Source: the human T2T-CHM13v2.0 reference genome, Homo sapiens. From it: 64,000 bases of DNA. Below are positions 27,710 through 40,986 of the stretch, piece by piece. Under the pieces are notes generated by a model. That model was not told the origin of the DNA. It worked only from the letters and a program-made list of their open reading frames with translations, and made no database searches. The stretch is taken from the NCBI RefSeq assembly GCF_009914755.1, contig NC_060938.1; one strand, written 5' to 3'. The position numbers and the translations under genes are program-made. Position 1 is the first letter of the stretch, and the number at the start of each line of letters is the position of its first letter.

Positions 27710-27960
27710 ACAAAACATAAAATACTATTTGATGGCACAGTAGGGTGACTGTAGTCAGTGGTAGCTTAACTGAATATTTTAAAATAATGTAAAGAGTGTA
27801 ATCAGATTGTTCATAACTCAAGGGATAAATGCTTAAGGGGCCGGATACCCCATTCTTTATGAGTGCTTATGTTCACATTGCATGCCTGTATCGAAACATC
27901 TCATGTACCCCATAAATATCTACATCTACTATGTATCCACAAAAAATTTAAAAAATTTGT
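27710..27960 (+). mobile_element. L1MA-type 3' end
   Basis: ggataaatgcttaagggg...gataccccatt...cattgcatgcctgtatcgaaacatctcatgtaccccataaatat. Confidence 0.85.
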
Positions 27961-29449
27961 AAAAGTCTATATATAAAATACTTACAAGGTTAATTTAAAT
28001 TAAAATTCCGGAAGGATTTTTTTAATGAAAGGAAGTTCTGAAACTGATGATTTAGGGATATAATAAAACTCAAATATGGTTCTAGTTACATGGAGTGATT
28101 TGGGTTTCTTAGAAAAGAAGGGTAAAAGGAATGTGATGTAATAGACAACTGGTCATCAATAAGAATAAACTGAATTTTTTAAAAAATCTCTAAACTGTAC
28201 AACTCTACCCAGAGTTCTAAAGAGAAGGTCTTCCAGGTACATGCAGAGGAAAAAGAAATGGATAGGGGAATGTTTTCTGGTGGAGCCATATCTTGAATCA
28301 TCCCTAACATGTGCTGAATAATGACCTAGCTCCATCCAGAGACCAACCCAGGGACCCATTCCCACCACATAACAATCCTAAGTCAGGATACTGCTAGAGG
28401 CATCCATAGATTAAGGCAAAGATCCGCTGTTATGAGAATCTGAACAAGGCATGCCAACCTCAACTTCCACCTTACCCAGACTGGCAGCCCTTGGGAAAAG
28501 CTGCCCCAAAGCCATCTAAGTGTGCCCAGTAGGCACATGGTCATGTTCAGTTAGGGCACTCAAAGCTGATCTTCAGTTTTCATTTTTCATTTATCACCAA
28601 CACTGAAAAATGGGGAGATCTCATCAAAATGTTTGAATTGTGACCTCCCTTGAAAAAAAAAAAGATCTGGGAACCCTGGGCCCACCTCCTGCAGGCTGCA
28701 TCCCCTGAGCTGAGTCACGGCTGCCCCATTGGAAGCACAGGTGCTTCCTGGTTTGAGACACTCCCTACCACTCCTGTTGTCTCCCTGTGACCTGAGACTG
28801 AGCCTCAAGGGCTGTTCCACATCTCTCTGGCATTGTCATTTATGTCACACCTGCCCTGCTTCATTCACCAAAGATACCTGCTCTGTCAGCATCGGATTGG
28901 CAACCCCAGAGCTAACCATCTATGGTAACTACATGTTTCCGAGTGGATGAGGAACATGATTTCTTTCTCTCTTTTTCATTCTCTGGCCCATGTGTGTACT
29001 TTTGCCCTCCCTCTTGGTCAGTGACCATCTATAGACAGAAAGCACATCATTCTTGGCCTACAACCCATTATCAGACACGTGAAAAAGTCAGTCCCTGTCC
29101 TCATGGCCCACTATTATGGACATTTGATCATCCTGGATCTCCTCTATCCTTAGTTATTTACATGGATAGTACACCTTCATGCCAGACCTCTCATCCCTGT
29201 GAGCAGCCCAAAGATAGTATATGCAAAGAAAGCCCGAGTCATGAGGAAAGACACACTCTAGGTAGAAAGCACTGGCCCATCAGAATCAAGGTCCTCTTTT
29301 CTAGAGAGTAAATTAGAGGGTGCAATCGCTTCCCATGGAAGAAGATATTTTATTCCTTAGGTGACTTCTTAATTGAACCTAATGTCTCAAATTTTGAGTC
29401 ACTATAGGAAGTGGGTGATGTGTAATAAATATGGGAAACTTCATTTTAC

Positions 29450-29890
29450 TCTGTGTTCATCAAAAGATACATGGATAAGCTAAATGCGGTTTACACATGC
29501 AATGAAATACTATTTAGCCTTCAAAAGTAGGGAAAGTTTGACACATCTACGTAAATAATCCTTGAAGATATTACACTAAATGAAATAAGTCCGTGACAAA
29601 AGGACAAATGCTGTATGATTCCATTTATACAAGGTACTTAGAGGAGTCAAATTCAGAGGGACAGAAAGTAGAATGGTGGTTGCCAGGAGCTGGGGAGGGA
29701 ATGGGGAGTACGTGTTTAAATGGTACAGAGTTTCAGTTGGAGAAGATGAAAAAATCCTAGAGATGGATGGTGATGATGGTTGCACGACAATGTAAATGTA
29801 CTTAATGACACAGAACTATATCTTAAAAGCGGTTAGAAAGGCAAATTTTATGTAATGCATATTTCATCACAATAAAAAGGAAAAAAAAAA
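29450..29890 (+). mobile_element. L1MB-type 3' end
   Basis: aaggacaaatgctgtatgattccattta...gacagaaagtagaatggtggttgccagg...gagatggatggtgatgatggttgcac...aataaaa plus A tail. Confidence 0.85.
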
Positions 29891-30713
29891 CCCTAAGGAG
29901 GGCACCATACTGGTGTGGGGCTTTCTTTTTACTGCTAGGAAAACTTACAAAGTCCATAATGCAAGGCATAACGTGATATTCAGTCTAAAGAAAGATGGAG
30001 TACACTAGCAGCAGCATTACAGTGTCATGTTCATCTCCACTTGGCCCCACTGGGGGCCAGCAATGCTCAAAGGTCAAGACCTGGCCTGACATGCTCACCT
30101 GGTTCTGTCTGACCTAGAGGACCCCTCAGATAAGAGGGCCCATCTTCACACACAAGGAAAGCCTACCCCGGGGGTTCCAGCTGACAGCTGCACCAACCGG
30201 CAGCTTGGGAGGCTACACCAACAGCACCTTCCAGGCAATGAAAATTTTAACCTCCCACCTATTCTAAGCACACATTAAATCTTGCATTTTTGTGCAAAAC
30301 TTCTATTCTTGGCACAGGTGTGACAGCAACCTTGGACAGGTATACTAAGTCGGTTCACATAATCAGGCTTTCAATCCATCAATTTTGGCCATGGAGAGGG
30401 TGATGATGGTGATGGTGATGGTGATGGGGGAGTGGGTGACAGCAACCCTGGCTCAGAGAATGAACGCTGGCACCAACCCTGGGCATTGTTCACTTTCCAG
30501 GCCACCATCTGTCAGCCAAGCCAGTGGCAACTGCTGTTCTAGACCATGCTTGTAAATAAAACAACAAGGTTCAACAAATCTTGGCATGGAAGTGGGAAGA
30601 ATCATCTCAGGAGTCCCTGCCGCATGACGGCGTGAAAGTGAACTCACACAGGATGAGCTTGGTTGGTCAAGCAAATTTTACAGAGATGCTATAGGAGCAT
30701 TGGAAACAGACTT

Positions 30714-30719
30714 TTTATT
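30714..30719 (-). terminator. Candidate distal poly(A) signal AATAAA
   Basis: tttatt on the plus strand with several UGUA (CFIm) elements within ~70 nt upstream on the minus strand. Confidence 0.55.
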
Positions 30720-33700
30720 TAACAGAAACTTACACACACTTGGTACAAACCCTACATTATGCAAACCTTTATCACAGTTCTACACAGGTTGTCACTTGTG
30801 GGAGTTGGTTGGAAAGCAGATTATTATGATAATTATTAGCATTTTGACAAGGGACATTTTCTACCAGAAAACGTCAGAGAAAAGGGCTACAAAATGATAC
30901 AGACACTCTCGGTGATCCCCTCCACCAACAGGACTGGCTTTGAACAGGAAACCTGAAAGGACTGGCAGGAAGTCGGTGCCCACCTGCCCTGCCCTTTCAG
31001 AGGCCAAAGAGATTCTCAGGCTCAGAACCATTTCAGTAACACTGTGACTCAAGGACCTCTGCTGACCAGAATACCCAGCCTTAGACTATTCGTGTGTTAT
31101 TATGACTCTGCTTACAAGGGAGGGAAACCCAAGAGCATGGCTGTGTGAAAGCCCAGTGCAGTGGGGAGCCTGCGGGTAGAACCCAGTGGCTCAGCCAGTC
31201 AGCCCTGCACCTTTGCTGGGCCACAGACACAGCGCCGAGATACATCCCATCGGCCAAAACGCCCACTTCCGCCAGCTCAGCCAGAAAGGGCCATGTTAGA
31301 ACACCCGCCGTCTTCCTTGGCTCCCACCAGCAACTGAATTTGAGGTTCTCATCCTTCAGGTCGGCCTTCCTAGCCCTTGGGGACAGCTCTGGAAGCTCAG
31401 GCCCCAGAAGCCAGCTCAGCAGAAGGTTCCCTTTCCTCATCTCTTCTAGGAGTTGTTAGGTGACTGAACTAATATCACCTCAGCTGATGCTTTTATTTTT
31501 GCTTTTTTTTTTTTTTTTTTTTTGCTGCATTATTTTAAACAAAGCTCTCTGTGTTCGAATCTATTGAACTTGAGGGGATATATTCCATCAATAGATGGAA
31601 TTCCTTCCTGAGCTAGACCTCATCAGACATGATAACTAGGAGGCAGGCTGCTTCTGACATTCAGATAAAAGGGGCTTGCCTGGGGTGAGGGGGCAATGAG
31701 GGTGGGGGAAACTGCTGATTTGTGGCTAAGTTATTTCAGTCAAATCTTAACACACAATCATTTAACATCACCAACACTTTCAATAGACTTTTGAAGGAGG
31801 AAAAAAAAACTGAGCACTCCTCACTTACCACATCCAACTCGCAGAAATAAAAATACCTAAAGCACATACATGAATGGCTTTTTAAAAAGCCTGAGAGAGC
31901 AGAGTTGATCTTTATTTTCTTATTTAAAATGTGGGGCATTTTTCTTTAGAGTTAATATGCAGTCTTTTATTTTACATTAAGTACTCTTATGATTTCATGT
32001 CTTCACAAAATTGCGCTTAACTTTTGAAGTAGGAGGTACTTTAAACAAAAATACTGTGCCATGTCAGCACTTTTTTCCTTTTAAATATTGAAATAAATAA
32101 AATAGTTAACTCTTTTTTTCCATCAGTTTGTTTGTGTTCAGTTATTTCTACTGTAGAGTAATTCCAGGCGGACCTGGGTACTTTCTCACAGACAATCAAA
32201 GAAAATATAATGAAGATTTAAAAAGAAAAAAAAAATCTTCTTATTGCACAAACTGAGGCCATTCCCAAGGCTTCTGTGGGCTGAGCTGAGTTGCGCTGCA
32301 GGATTTTCCACTCCTGTGCTGGCTCCTGTGTTGTCTGAAACACACGCACAGGAGGGGGCTGGGCAAGGGAAGAGGAAGAAGAGGAGGAGGAGGAGGAGGT
32401 GCCAATCATCCTGGCTTCTTTTCACCTTCTTCGGAAATGGCTTGCTTGAAGGATGCTGGAGTCCCCAGGTCATAATGTTGACTGCAGAGGGAAAGGCAAT
32501 GAAAGATAAAACAAAAAACAACAGCATGGAACAACTACTTAAAAAAGAAAGATGAAAATTAAGGGGTGACAGAAATGAAATGAATTAAAAAAAAAAAAGA
32601 AGAAGAAAGAAAGAAAACCACCAACTAATTGCCAAGTTAATGAGGCTAGGCCAGGTGCAACAAAAATCAGGGTAGTGTGTCCAGCGCCTTGAACTTCAGC
32701 AGCATGAGATCAGCCAGGAATAGGGCAGGTCAGTTGCTACTGGGCCAGAGGCAGAGAGAACACAGCTGGATGGTCAATTCCCAGGTGGTGTAGCAGGCAG
32801 AACTGGGTGTTAGCAAAAAAAAAAAAAAAAAATTCCCCTCCACTTAGAAACCAAACAAACTGAATCTTTTCACAGTTAAAACACCCCAGAAAGGACCTTT
32901 ATGATGTCATCTCTCTCCCTGCCATCCAAGTAGAAATGAGTAGTTCTATGGTATAGAACCAATTCAGCCACAGAAAACCCCATCAGATGCCTCATTTGGC
33001 CTAAGCCCAAAAGGACACTGCTTCCTTCACAAGCACTCACACTCAGCCCCAACCCTGCCCCAAGTGATTCAAGTGTGTCAGAGTTACTCGGAGACAGTCC
33101 CCAACCAAGAGACCAGTTCCAGTCCTCTACTAGCACAGTGATCCCTTTGTCAGCCTTGGAACCTGGTGGTGGTTCACACAGGTGGGCCCTTTTGCCTGGA
33201 TAGCCACGCATAGCTTTTGCTTCTAGCTGAAATGAAATCTGCCATTTTGGTCTTTGGAACGGAGTAGTTGACACAAAGGAGTGAGCAATGAAACCAAGTA
33301 CTGCCACATTTCACCCCGGAAGCAGTTTCTGAAAGCAGAGATGGGTGTCCCAACAGTGCCTAGATCACATTAAGCTGAGCGATAAGGGAGGGAGAAGAGG
33401 GAGAATGGGCCTAAATGGAAAATGGCCAAGCCAGCAAGGAAAAAAGCTCAAAAGCAAATGAGCAGCTCAGCCTCTTCCAAGTTGAAAGGCCCCTCCCCTG
33501 CCCCACCTCTCCTGGTACCCAAGCATCACTCAATGGCCAGGTGCACAGGCCTGGATTAGATGCTCTTCCAAAGCTGAGACTCCATTCATCCAACTTTCCT
33601 CCTTGACCAAGTCCTCCCTCCACACCTGCTCCTGTTCCTTGCCTCTACCCCATCCCACCCCACTGTCTCCCTTTCTGATCCGCTTTGCTGGTGCACCCTA

Positions 33701-35094
33701 CCCCCACTTCCCTCATGCTCTTTGCTGTCACCACCTGCCTCTAGCTCCTTCCCTTGACTGATCAAACCCAGGTGACCTTTCCTGGGACCTCCCACAGAAC
33801 GCCTGCCGATTGTTCTCTCCATGGGCATCTGTCATCATTTCACTCCCTGCCAGGAGTCTTTCTGTCCCTCTCCCAGTGCCCTGACCCCTCTGGTCAGATG
33901 TTACCTGCCACTCTGTAGTGAGTCTGTCTCATAAGCTTACCCCACACCTTTCAGTTTCTTCAAATTTCCACCCCGACCTCCCAACACACACACACATGTA
34001 TTTTTCCTTTGCCCCACTAAAGCCACCTAGAAAATCATGCGTGAGTCCCAACTTGGCACTCCTAACTTCCATTTTCTCTTTTGTTTCCTCTGGTCAGGTC
34101 AACTGCAGGCCACAAAAATGAAACAATGTGCAGCTGTGTTCTTAGTCTCCTGCTCTCAATCCCCTGCAAGAAGGCATAGTTTTCTACCCCTCCACACACA
34201 TGGTCAACCCCTCCCCACCCCTGTCCTGACATCCCCCTTTTCTCTCCTTTACCCCTCACCACCACCTCACCACCTCCCACCTGCCCCCTCTGACTTAACC
34301 ACTGGATGCTGTGTCCAGAGACTTCTCCATTCTTTCTGTCAACAATATTTATTAAGCATCCTCTATGCATAGAGTGAGATTTGGTAAGACTTCCACTAAT
34401 TATCTCAGAAACTGCTCAGTTCTCAGTTTATTTCAACAAATAATTATGGCACACTGGTGTCAGGCACTGTCTGGAGGATATGAGTGATATCACCTTTGCC
34501 CTCAAGGAACACGCCATCTGTTTGAGAAGGACTACAAGCAAACATGATGTGTTGTGATAAGCACAGGAGCGGCAGGAACAAAATGCTATGGAATGGTACT
34601 TAGGCGGGTTTTCAAATGGTGATTTTTGCCATTTTACATGGGTTAGGTTGTGATTCCCAGCTTTGCTTTTTGTTCGAATATTATCTCCATTGTCTCTGAC
34701 AATAGACATTCTTGCCTACAGATTCAACAGCAACGGTCCATCTGGAGCTCTTTGTTGATCTAGATGGCTTCCTCCAAGAAAATCTTCTTGTCTACTGAGA
34801 TCCATGGCAAAAATAATCACATACTACCCCATGACAGCTCTTACATGATTTTAACTATTTGTGAATTTCTAGTCTGATCCACTAGGTCACAAAATAAATC
34901 CAATGGCCAATAAATTCATTGCCCCATGTTTAATTTTATCCTATCCTTGACAGTGCTGAGCAGTCACACGCATACTGTTATTACTCAGTCCCTAGTTGCC
35001 AAATGAACCGAGGTATATCTGAATGAAAATGTTATCATCCAAGGTCTGTAAACAGAATAGCCTGAAATCTCAGCTGAAAGGCCAAATGTCTGAG

Positions 35095-35570
35095 TCACCA
35101 GTAATGGGGTAAATCAATCACATACCTCCTGATGTAATGCACTGAGAAGGATACAACATCATTTCTAAGGTATTCTAACCAAAATGCACAACTTCAGTTT
35201 AGTCATTAGAAAAACAGCATCCAAGCCTGAACTGAATGGCTTTTGCTATGAAATGACTAACCAGTATCGAGGTTGTGAAAAACAAGATTGTAGTACTAAC
35301 TATTCCAGATTAAAGGACTTGTAAGAGGACATGGCAACCTGTGAGCCCAGACTGGATCCTGGACCAGAAAAAGGACACTAGTGAGACAACTGGCAGAATT
35401 TGCATAAGGTCTGTAGGTTATAGCATTGCATCGATGTGAATTTCCTGATTGTGATCATTGTACTGTGGTTATTTGAAGAATCTGGGTGAAGGACATATGG
35501 GAATTCTTGGTAAAATCTTTGTAAGTTTTTTGTAAGTGTAAATTATTTCAGAAGTAAATTTTTTAAAAAG
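35095..35570 (+). mobile_element. Old L1 (L1MC-like) 3' fragment
   Basis: cctcctgatgtaatgcactgagaagga...ggatcctggaccagaaaaaggaca...aatttcctgattgtgatcattgtactgtggtta. Confidence 0.7.
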
Positions 35571-37529
35571 CCATAGTTATTGGTTGAGTTCCAGTGGTGA
35601 GATACTTTGAAAACCTAATTGCCAATGTTTTTTATCTAATAATTCAGTTCTGACAGGAATCTTCCATCATTCCCATTTATTTTGTAAACCAATCATGCAG
35701 AATGGCTTTTCCTATATTGCTATTTTGAATAGGTGATCAGAAATCACTTTTATTAAACACCACAATATTATATAATTCAATGTTTTTGTGTTAGAAGCAA
35801 TTGGGTTTGTGACCAGGGCCCAAAATGTTCACTCCCTGCCACCATTACTCCCGCTACCACTGGCACCACAAAAACAGTGACCATTTAGGAAGCTCAACTT
35901 TAGTTCTCCCAGAAAGTTCATGAGGACTTAGACATTGCTACTTCTCAGAAAGATTCTAATGTGTCATAGTTTCATTTGGGGTTTCTGTTGTTTCAGTTTT
36001 TTCTTTTACAGAATCAAATACCTCCTTTTCATCCAATAAATTCTTGAATAAAAGACCTACAGGCATTTTACTGATTTCACTCAAGAAATCTTCCAAAGAT
36101 GATCTTTGGGGAAGTCAGTATAGACTTAGGAAAGATTATTAGAAGATCCATACATCATTTACTGAGCCTGGAACTTTAGACAAGTCATCAAACAGGATCA
36201 AATCTCAGTTTCCTCATCAGTAAAACGGGAATAAATAACATCTACCCTACCTCATAGAGTTAAGCATCATCATGAAATAATATAAGCTACATATTCTAAT
36301 AGGGAAAGAAATGTCCATTTCCTCTCTCAGAAACTGAGGCAGAGATCCCTGTCAACAAATTCACACAGGGAGCTGAGCCCAGAGCCCAGAACTTGTCATC
36401 TCCACTCTAGGCTTCCACACACCAGATCAAAGACACCTCACTCAGAAAATACACAACACAAGTCACTTCTCCTCCAAAGGCTGAGCAAAATCCCCTGAGG
36501 AAAAATTCCTAACAGATGAGTCTGCTCCAATTTTAAGTACACGTTCAAGATCATATTCATCAGATGTAACAGGAGGTATACTGGGATAAAATTAATTAAT
36601 TTTATTCCACCATGAGGTGAGAACCCCCAAACACCCTTTAGTTCTCTCCCTGAGTAATGATCTTGCATTCCCTCCAGTGCTGTATAAAGCAGTATCAGTC
36701 TGTAGCCCATTAGATGCAGAGAGAGATGCAGAGTAAGCAGGAACCCTTAAAGGGATGCTATTGATGTGAACATCACATTTTTTTTTATTAAATTCTTCTC
36801 TCTAAAATACCGGTAGCAAATTGGATTACTGTCTTTATAGTACCTCTAAAAAATTAAATGCATATTTCTAATTCCCAGGGTCATAGTGATTATAGTGTCT
36901 GATCTTTACATAGTCTCTCAGTAACAGAAATAAAGGATTTGATTGTTCTAGGTAGGGAAAAAAATCAGCTAGACCATAACAATTGTCACCTTTAGGTCAA
37001 CAGCCCCCCTCCCCAGGGGATTAAAATGTTGTAACAAATTTAGAAAGTTCTATATCTTTGGTTCCCCTCTCTTTGGCCTGGGACTCAGAAAACTCAGGGT
37101 GGTACTTTACTGAGCTGAGGGCAAAGGAAGCTGGCCAGATCGTTTTCATCTTGATGACTCTAATTTCTTTTGTATTTTAAATTTTGAGTAGTGATACTTA
37201 TTTAACAAAAGCAACAACAGAAAGGTGTGTTGACTGTTCACACAGCTCCTACAATTCCTAAGGTCACAAAAAAGGTGATCTCTTTGTACATTGTCTAGAA
37301 GTGATGATTAAGAAGGTAAGTTATCTACAATATTCCGCAGAGAATCTGAATTAGAACTCTCTTTTACAGGATCTAATTGCTTACTCTTCCGTTGTTGAAA
37401 TTTCTTTTAATGACGTTACCTTTTAAAAGCTATATTCATTACAAAAACCCTTTTCTTCAGTTGGAATTGAGAAACAGCAAAGTATGTATACATGCATGCA
37501 TATATATTCCTTAATTATAGACTATGCAA

Positions 37530-37760
37530 GGGGCAATGCAGGCAACGATAGAGTATAGGCTCTACAATCAGGTTGCCAGGGATCAAAACCTGGCTCCTTC
37601 CTAGGTGTACATTTCTTAACCTTATTACTAACCTCAGTTTCCGCAAACTGGGGATTAATATAAACACCTATCTCATGGGAGTAGTCATGAGGATTAAGTG
37701 AAATATTCCAAGGAAAGCGCCCAGAATAATGCCTCACACAAAAATGTAGATGACTGCTAT
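37530..37760 (+). mobile_element. MIR SINE
   Basis: acctcagtttcc...cacctatctcatgggagtagtcatgaggattaagtga. Confidence 0.65.
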
Positions 37761-39697
37761 CTAGAAAAAGGGAGATAAAGATATCACATCCACCACTAAA
37801 GTGGTTGGAAACCAAGGACAGCCAGCTTCCTCATCCGACACCTTCTCTCTCGGAGCTTCCTTCCTTTGCCTTAAAACATTTCCCTCCAATGCAATGCCCA
37901 TCCCAGTCCCTCCAACTTAACTCACTTAACCTCTCTGGGTCAACTTTTCTCAACTGAAAAGTGAAAGATTTGAACTTGATCATCTTAAAAGTCCCTTCCA
38001 GTTTTTAAGGGTATAAATCTTGAGTCCGTTCAAAGACTCTATAAGCAAGGTGAGACAAGATGGTCTGGCCATGCTAAGAAACCTTACTATGCTTCTATTA
38101 CCCCAAGGAAGAAAAGTGAGGATATCAACTACCTCCAAGAAGAGAAACTGAAGATCAAATATCAAGCTATACTATTAAATATAAAATAGACAAGCAATAC
38201 CCATTCTCAGATAAACATTCTCCTGGGAGTTTGCCTTGTTAGTTCTAAATGGTTAGTTTCTCTGTTAGACTCCAAGCTAGACTCTGAAATTAGGTAGCCT
38301 TTTATAATTTGCTTTAAATATGTGGATTAAAAAAAAAAACACCTCAAGTGTAAAGGCAAATTGTCATTGAGAATTCTGGGACTATGAGCAACTAGACAGA
38401 ATTCAAATGAGAGTGTAGATTGGTTGAACATATGTTTATTAACATAGAAGCTCACATTTTATCAATGAAAGCAAGTTGTAATCCCATGAATCCAATATCT
38501 GAGTCAAAGGTACAGAGTAAAGAGGTGGAAAATGACAGCAAGTGTACATTGTATCCCCGTAGCAGAAACCTACTGGAACAAACTCTATTGGCTGACGTGT
38601 GAGCATGCAGAATATGACAACCTTGGAGGTTTATGCCATATTTCCTAGGAACAGGCCACATATAGATTAGACAGAACAACCCAAAAGTGGTTGGGATTGT
38701 TACTTTCATTCCCTCAAAACTGAGAATAAATGCCCAGGCGATCACATACACATCTCAAGCATGAGAAAAGTGGAAGCCCTTTCTGTCTCAGGCTACCAGG
38801 AAAGCACAAAGGTCTCATTTCTGGGTTTCTTGGCTTGTCCTTGTGTTTTAGGTTGGTTTGTTATTTTAAGGAGCGGTCTAATTCATGAGGATCTGCAGGG
38901 GCTGGACTGTCAAAGTAGATCTTCCCAGAGACACTGATAAGCAGTCTGTTAACCAGGCAGCTACTTGGGTCTCCCAACCCATGTCAAATGGTTCTGCCTG
39001 TGTTTCCAGAACTGTGCACTCCTGGAGGCAAGAGACCCTGGCCAACCTTAAAGGGAGTGCAGAATCTTCCAAACAGCCAAGTTGAGTTTTGTGCCTAATC
39101 AGGGATCTTCTTTAATTTGGACTCATCCCCTTGGTTTTGAAATTGGTACCGAGAGTAAGAAATACCACCTAGACATGCAGTGCCCTGTGGCCACAACCTC
39201 CCTATTCCTACCCAAATCCAGCAGCCAACTCCAACTTCAGTTCCCTGGATTTCACTTCCAGGTTTAGCCAAGGGAGGCAGAGTTAGCCAAGCACTTCCCC
39301 AGCCATTTTCTCTTGTAGTTGAAGCCAGAAGCCTGCCATTCTCCACACTGAGCCCCTCCCATAGTCCAAGCAAGACTCAGATCACACACCTATGCCAGGG
39401 CCCACATGAGTTCACATGCACACACAGGCCACAGAGGGCCAGGGGGAGACACTCCAGCAGCCACTCTTACACTAAGAAGGGAGTCCAAACCCAGGAAAAC
39501 AAAAAAGCAAGCTGGGGGAAAAAGGAAAAAGAAAAAGAAAACTAAAAAATAGATATGATGGTTTTGCCCACATTGCAAGACAGGTTAGCCAAGACATACC
39601 TTTTGACTAGGACCTCGCAGCCGGTCATTCTTGGGACTGTCAGTGAGGTGGGTGGCCTTCTCCATCGCCCCAGGGGCCTTGAGCAGTGTTGCTTTGG

Positions 39698-39703
39698 TTT
39701 ATT
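39698..39703 (-). terminator. Candidate proximal poly(A) signal AATAAA for DPF3a
   Basis: tttatt on the plus strand ~1.1 kb after the DPF3a stop. Confidence 0.55.
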
Positions 39704-40283
39704 TCAGGAAGTGCTATTGGAAACATAAAACAAAGTGCCTGGCAGGCACTATAAAAAAAAATAGAAGAAATACGGTAGCCTTGATCATCCAATGGGTATT
39801 GATACGTTTCTTAACAGGGGCAAGGGGAGGGGAAACACACGATGATGTCTCCTTCTATCTTCCAGAAGCACGGCCTCGGCCTCGGGTGGTGGAGTCACTG
39901 CTGAGCCCATGACGTTCTGCTTATATTCCATCCCTGCATTTGGAAGTCGTTCTTTGCCAGGAGGAAAGTGAGGAAAAACCAGCAATAACAAAACAGCAGC
40001 TCTACTGACGGAGGAGGAGGAGCCCAGGAGGCGGCTGGTCAGGGCCCAGGTGTGGAGGGAGGCCAGGCATAGGCACCCCGACTTCTCTGGAACTACTGAC
40101 ATTTTCTCGCAAGCAGAGAGGAAGATGGAAAGGTCAGGGAGGAGAATGAGGGAGGGGTCTGCCGCGGGGAGCCGCAAACTCCGTGGGGCACAGAATAGTG
40201 CAACCGTCTCCCATTGAGGAAATTCTCCCCACCGGGCGGCTTGCCTCTAAACAGGATATTGCTTCGATTTCTTTGATTTCCCT

Positions 40284-40307
40284 TCTCTCTCTCTCTCTCT
40301 CTCTCTC
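40284..40307. repeat. (CT)n microsatellite in the DPF3a 3' UTR
   Basis: Direct read. Confidence 0.9.
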
Positions 40308-40783
40308 GCAAAAAAAGTCTGATTCTAATAACAGCTAGAATATATAAATAATAATGTTTTAATGTTATTGGTTCTTTGTTTCCAACCCAAAGTTCCTCTT
40401 CTCTTCCTTTTGCCAATAAATATGAAAATTGAGGACATCAACTCTGCTCCTGTCAAAAAGACCCCCTCCCCTCAGAAAAGAGACAATCCGTCTAACTTCC
40501 TATTTCTATGGAAAATAAATAGCGCATCACGATGCCATCTCTCGGAAGAACGCTCATTCTGCTGTTTTGTTTTGTTTCAGTAGTTTGTGCTTCTGTTGTA
40601 CATACCCAAAACAGAGGGGTGGGGGGAGGGATGGAGGGACACGTGGGAGGTGAAGGGAAAAAAAGCAAGGATAGAGGGAAAATCTAAAGTTGCCTTTCAT
40701 TAAAAAAAATATATATCAGAACCAGCACAATGACCAAAGTCAGAGGGGGATGGCTAATTGCCCAGAGAGTCTGTTCCGTGGGT

Positions 40784-40986
40784 TTAGCAACTGCCCTTTT
40801 TATCTGCTGTGGGCGAACCCCGGCCACTGCGGCGTCCTCGACAGGAGCGAGGCTCTTCCAAATCGTCCTCATCAAAGCCGTGGAAAGTTGACGTGTCACT
40901 TTCTGACGTGGAACCGAATAAGTCCTCCGTGGTACGTGCTGCGGCCGCTGCCTCCTTCTCCTTCCTGCCTTCTCCTCCCAAATGAG
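40784..40986 (-). CDS. DPF3: DPF3a-specific terminal coding exon (disordered tail replacing the second half of PHD1 and PHD2)
   Basis: Acceptor catgtcag|CTCATT; G|CT gives AHLGGEGRKEKEAAAAARTTEDLFGSTSESDTSTFHGFDEDDLEEPRSCRGRRSGRGSPTADKKGSC*, with TAA at 40784-40786. Matches the known 357-aa DPF3a C-terminus, including the S348 phosphosite (GRGSPT). Confidence 0.95.

Larger units (their letters stand above)
30695..40783 (-). other. DPF3: Putative DPF3a 3' UTR (short form to ~39680; possible extension to ~30700)
   Basis: Follows the stop codon; Alu-free; U-rich tracts on the minus strand; several minus-strand AATAAA. The distal extent is inferred. Confidence 0.55.

Noticed and set aside
31081-31440. 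119-aa ATG-initiated minus-strand ORF (MRKGNLLLSW...)
   Set aside because: No recognisable domain and lies in the presumed distal UTR or intron. No support without Ribo-seq or conservation data.
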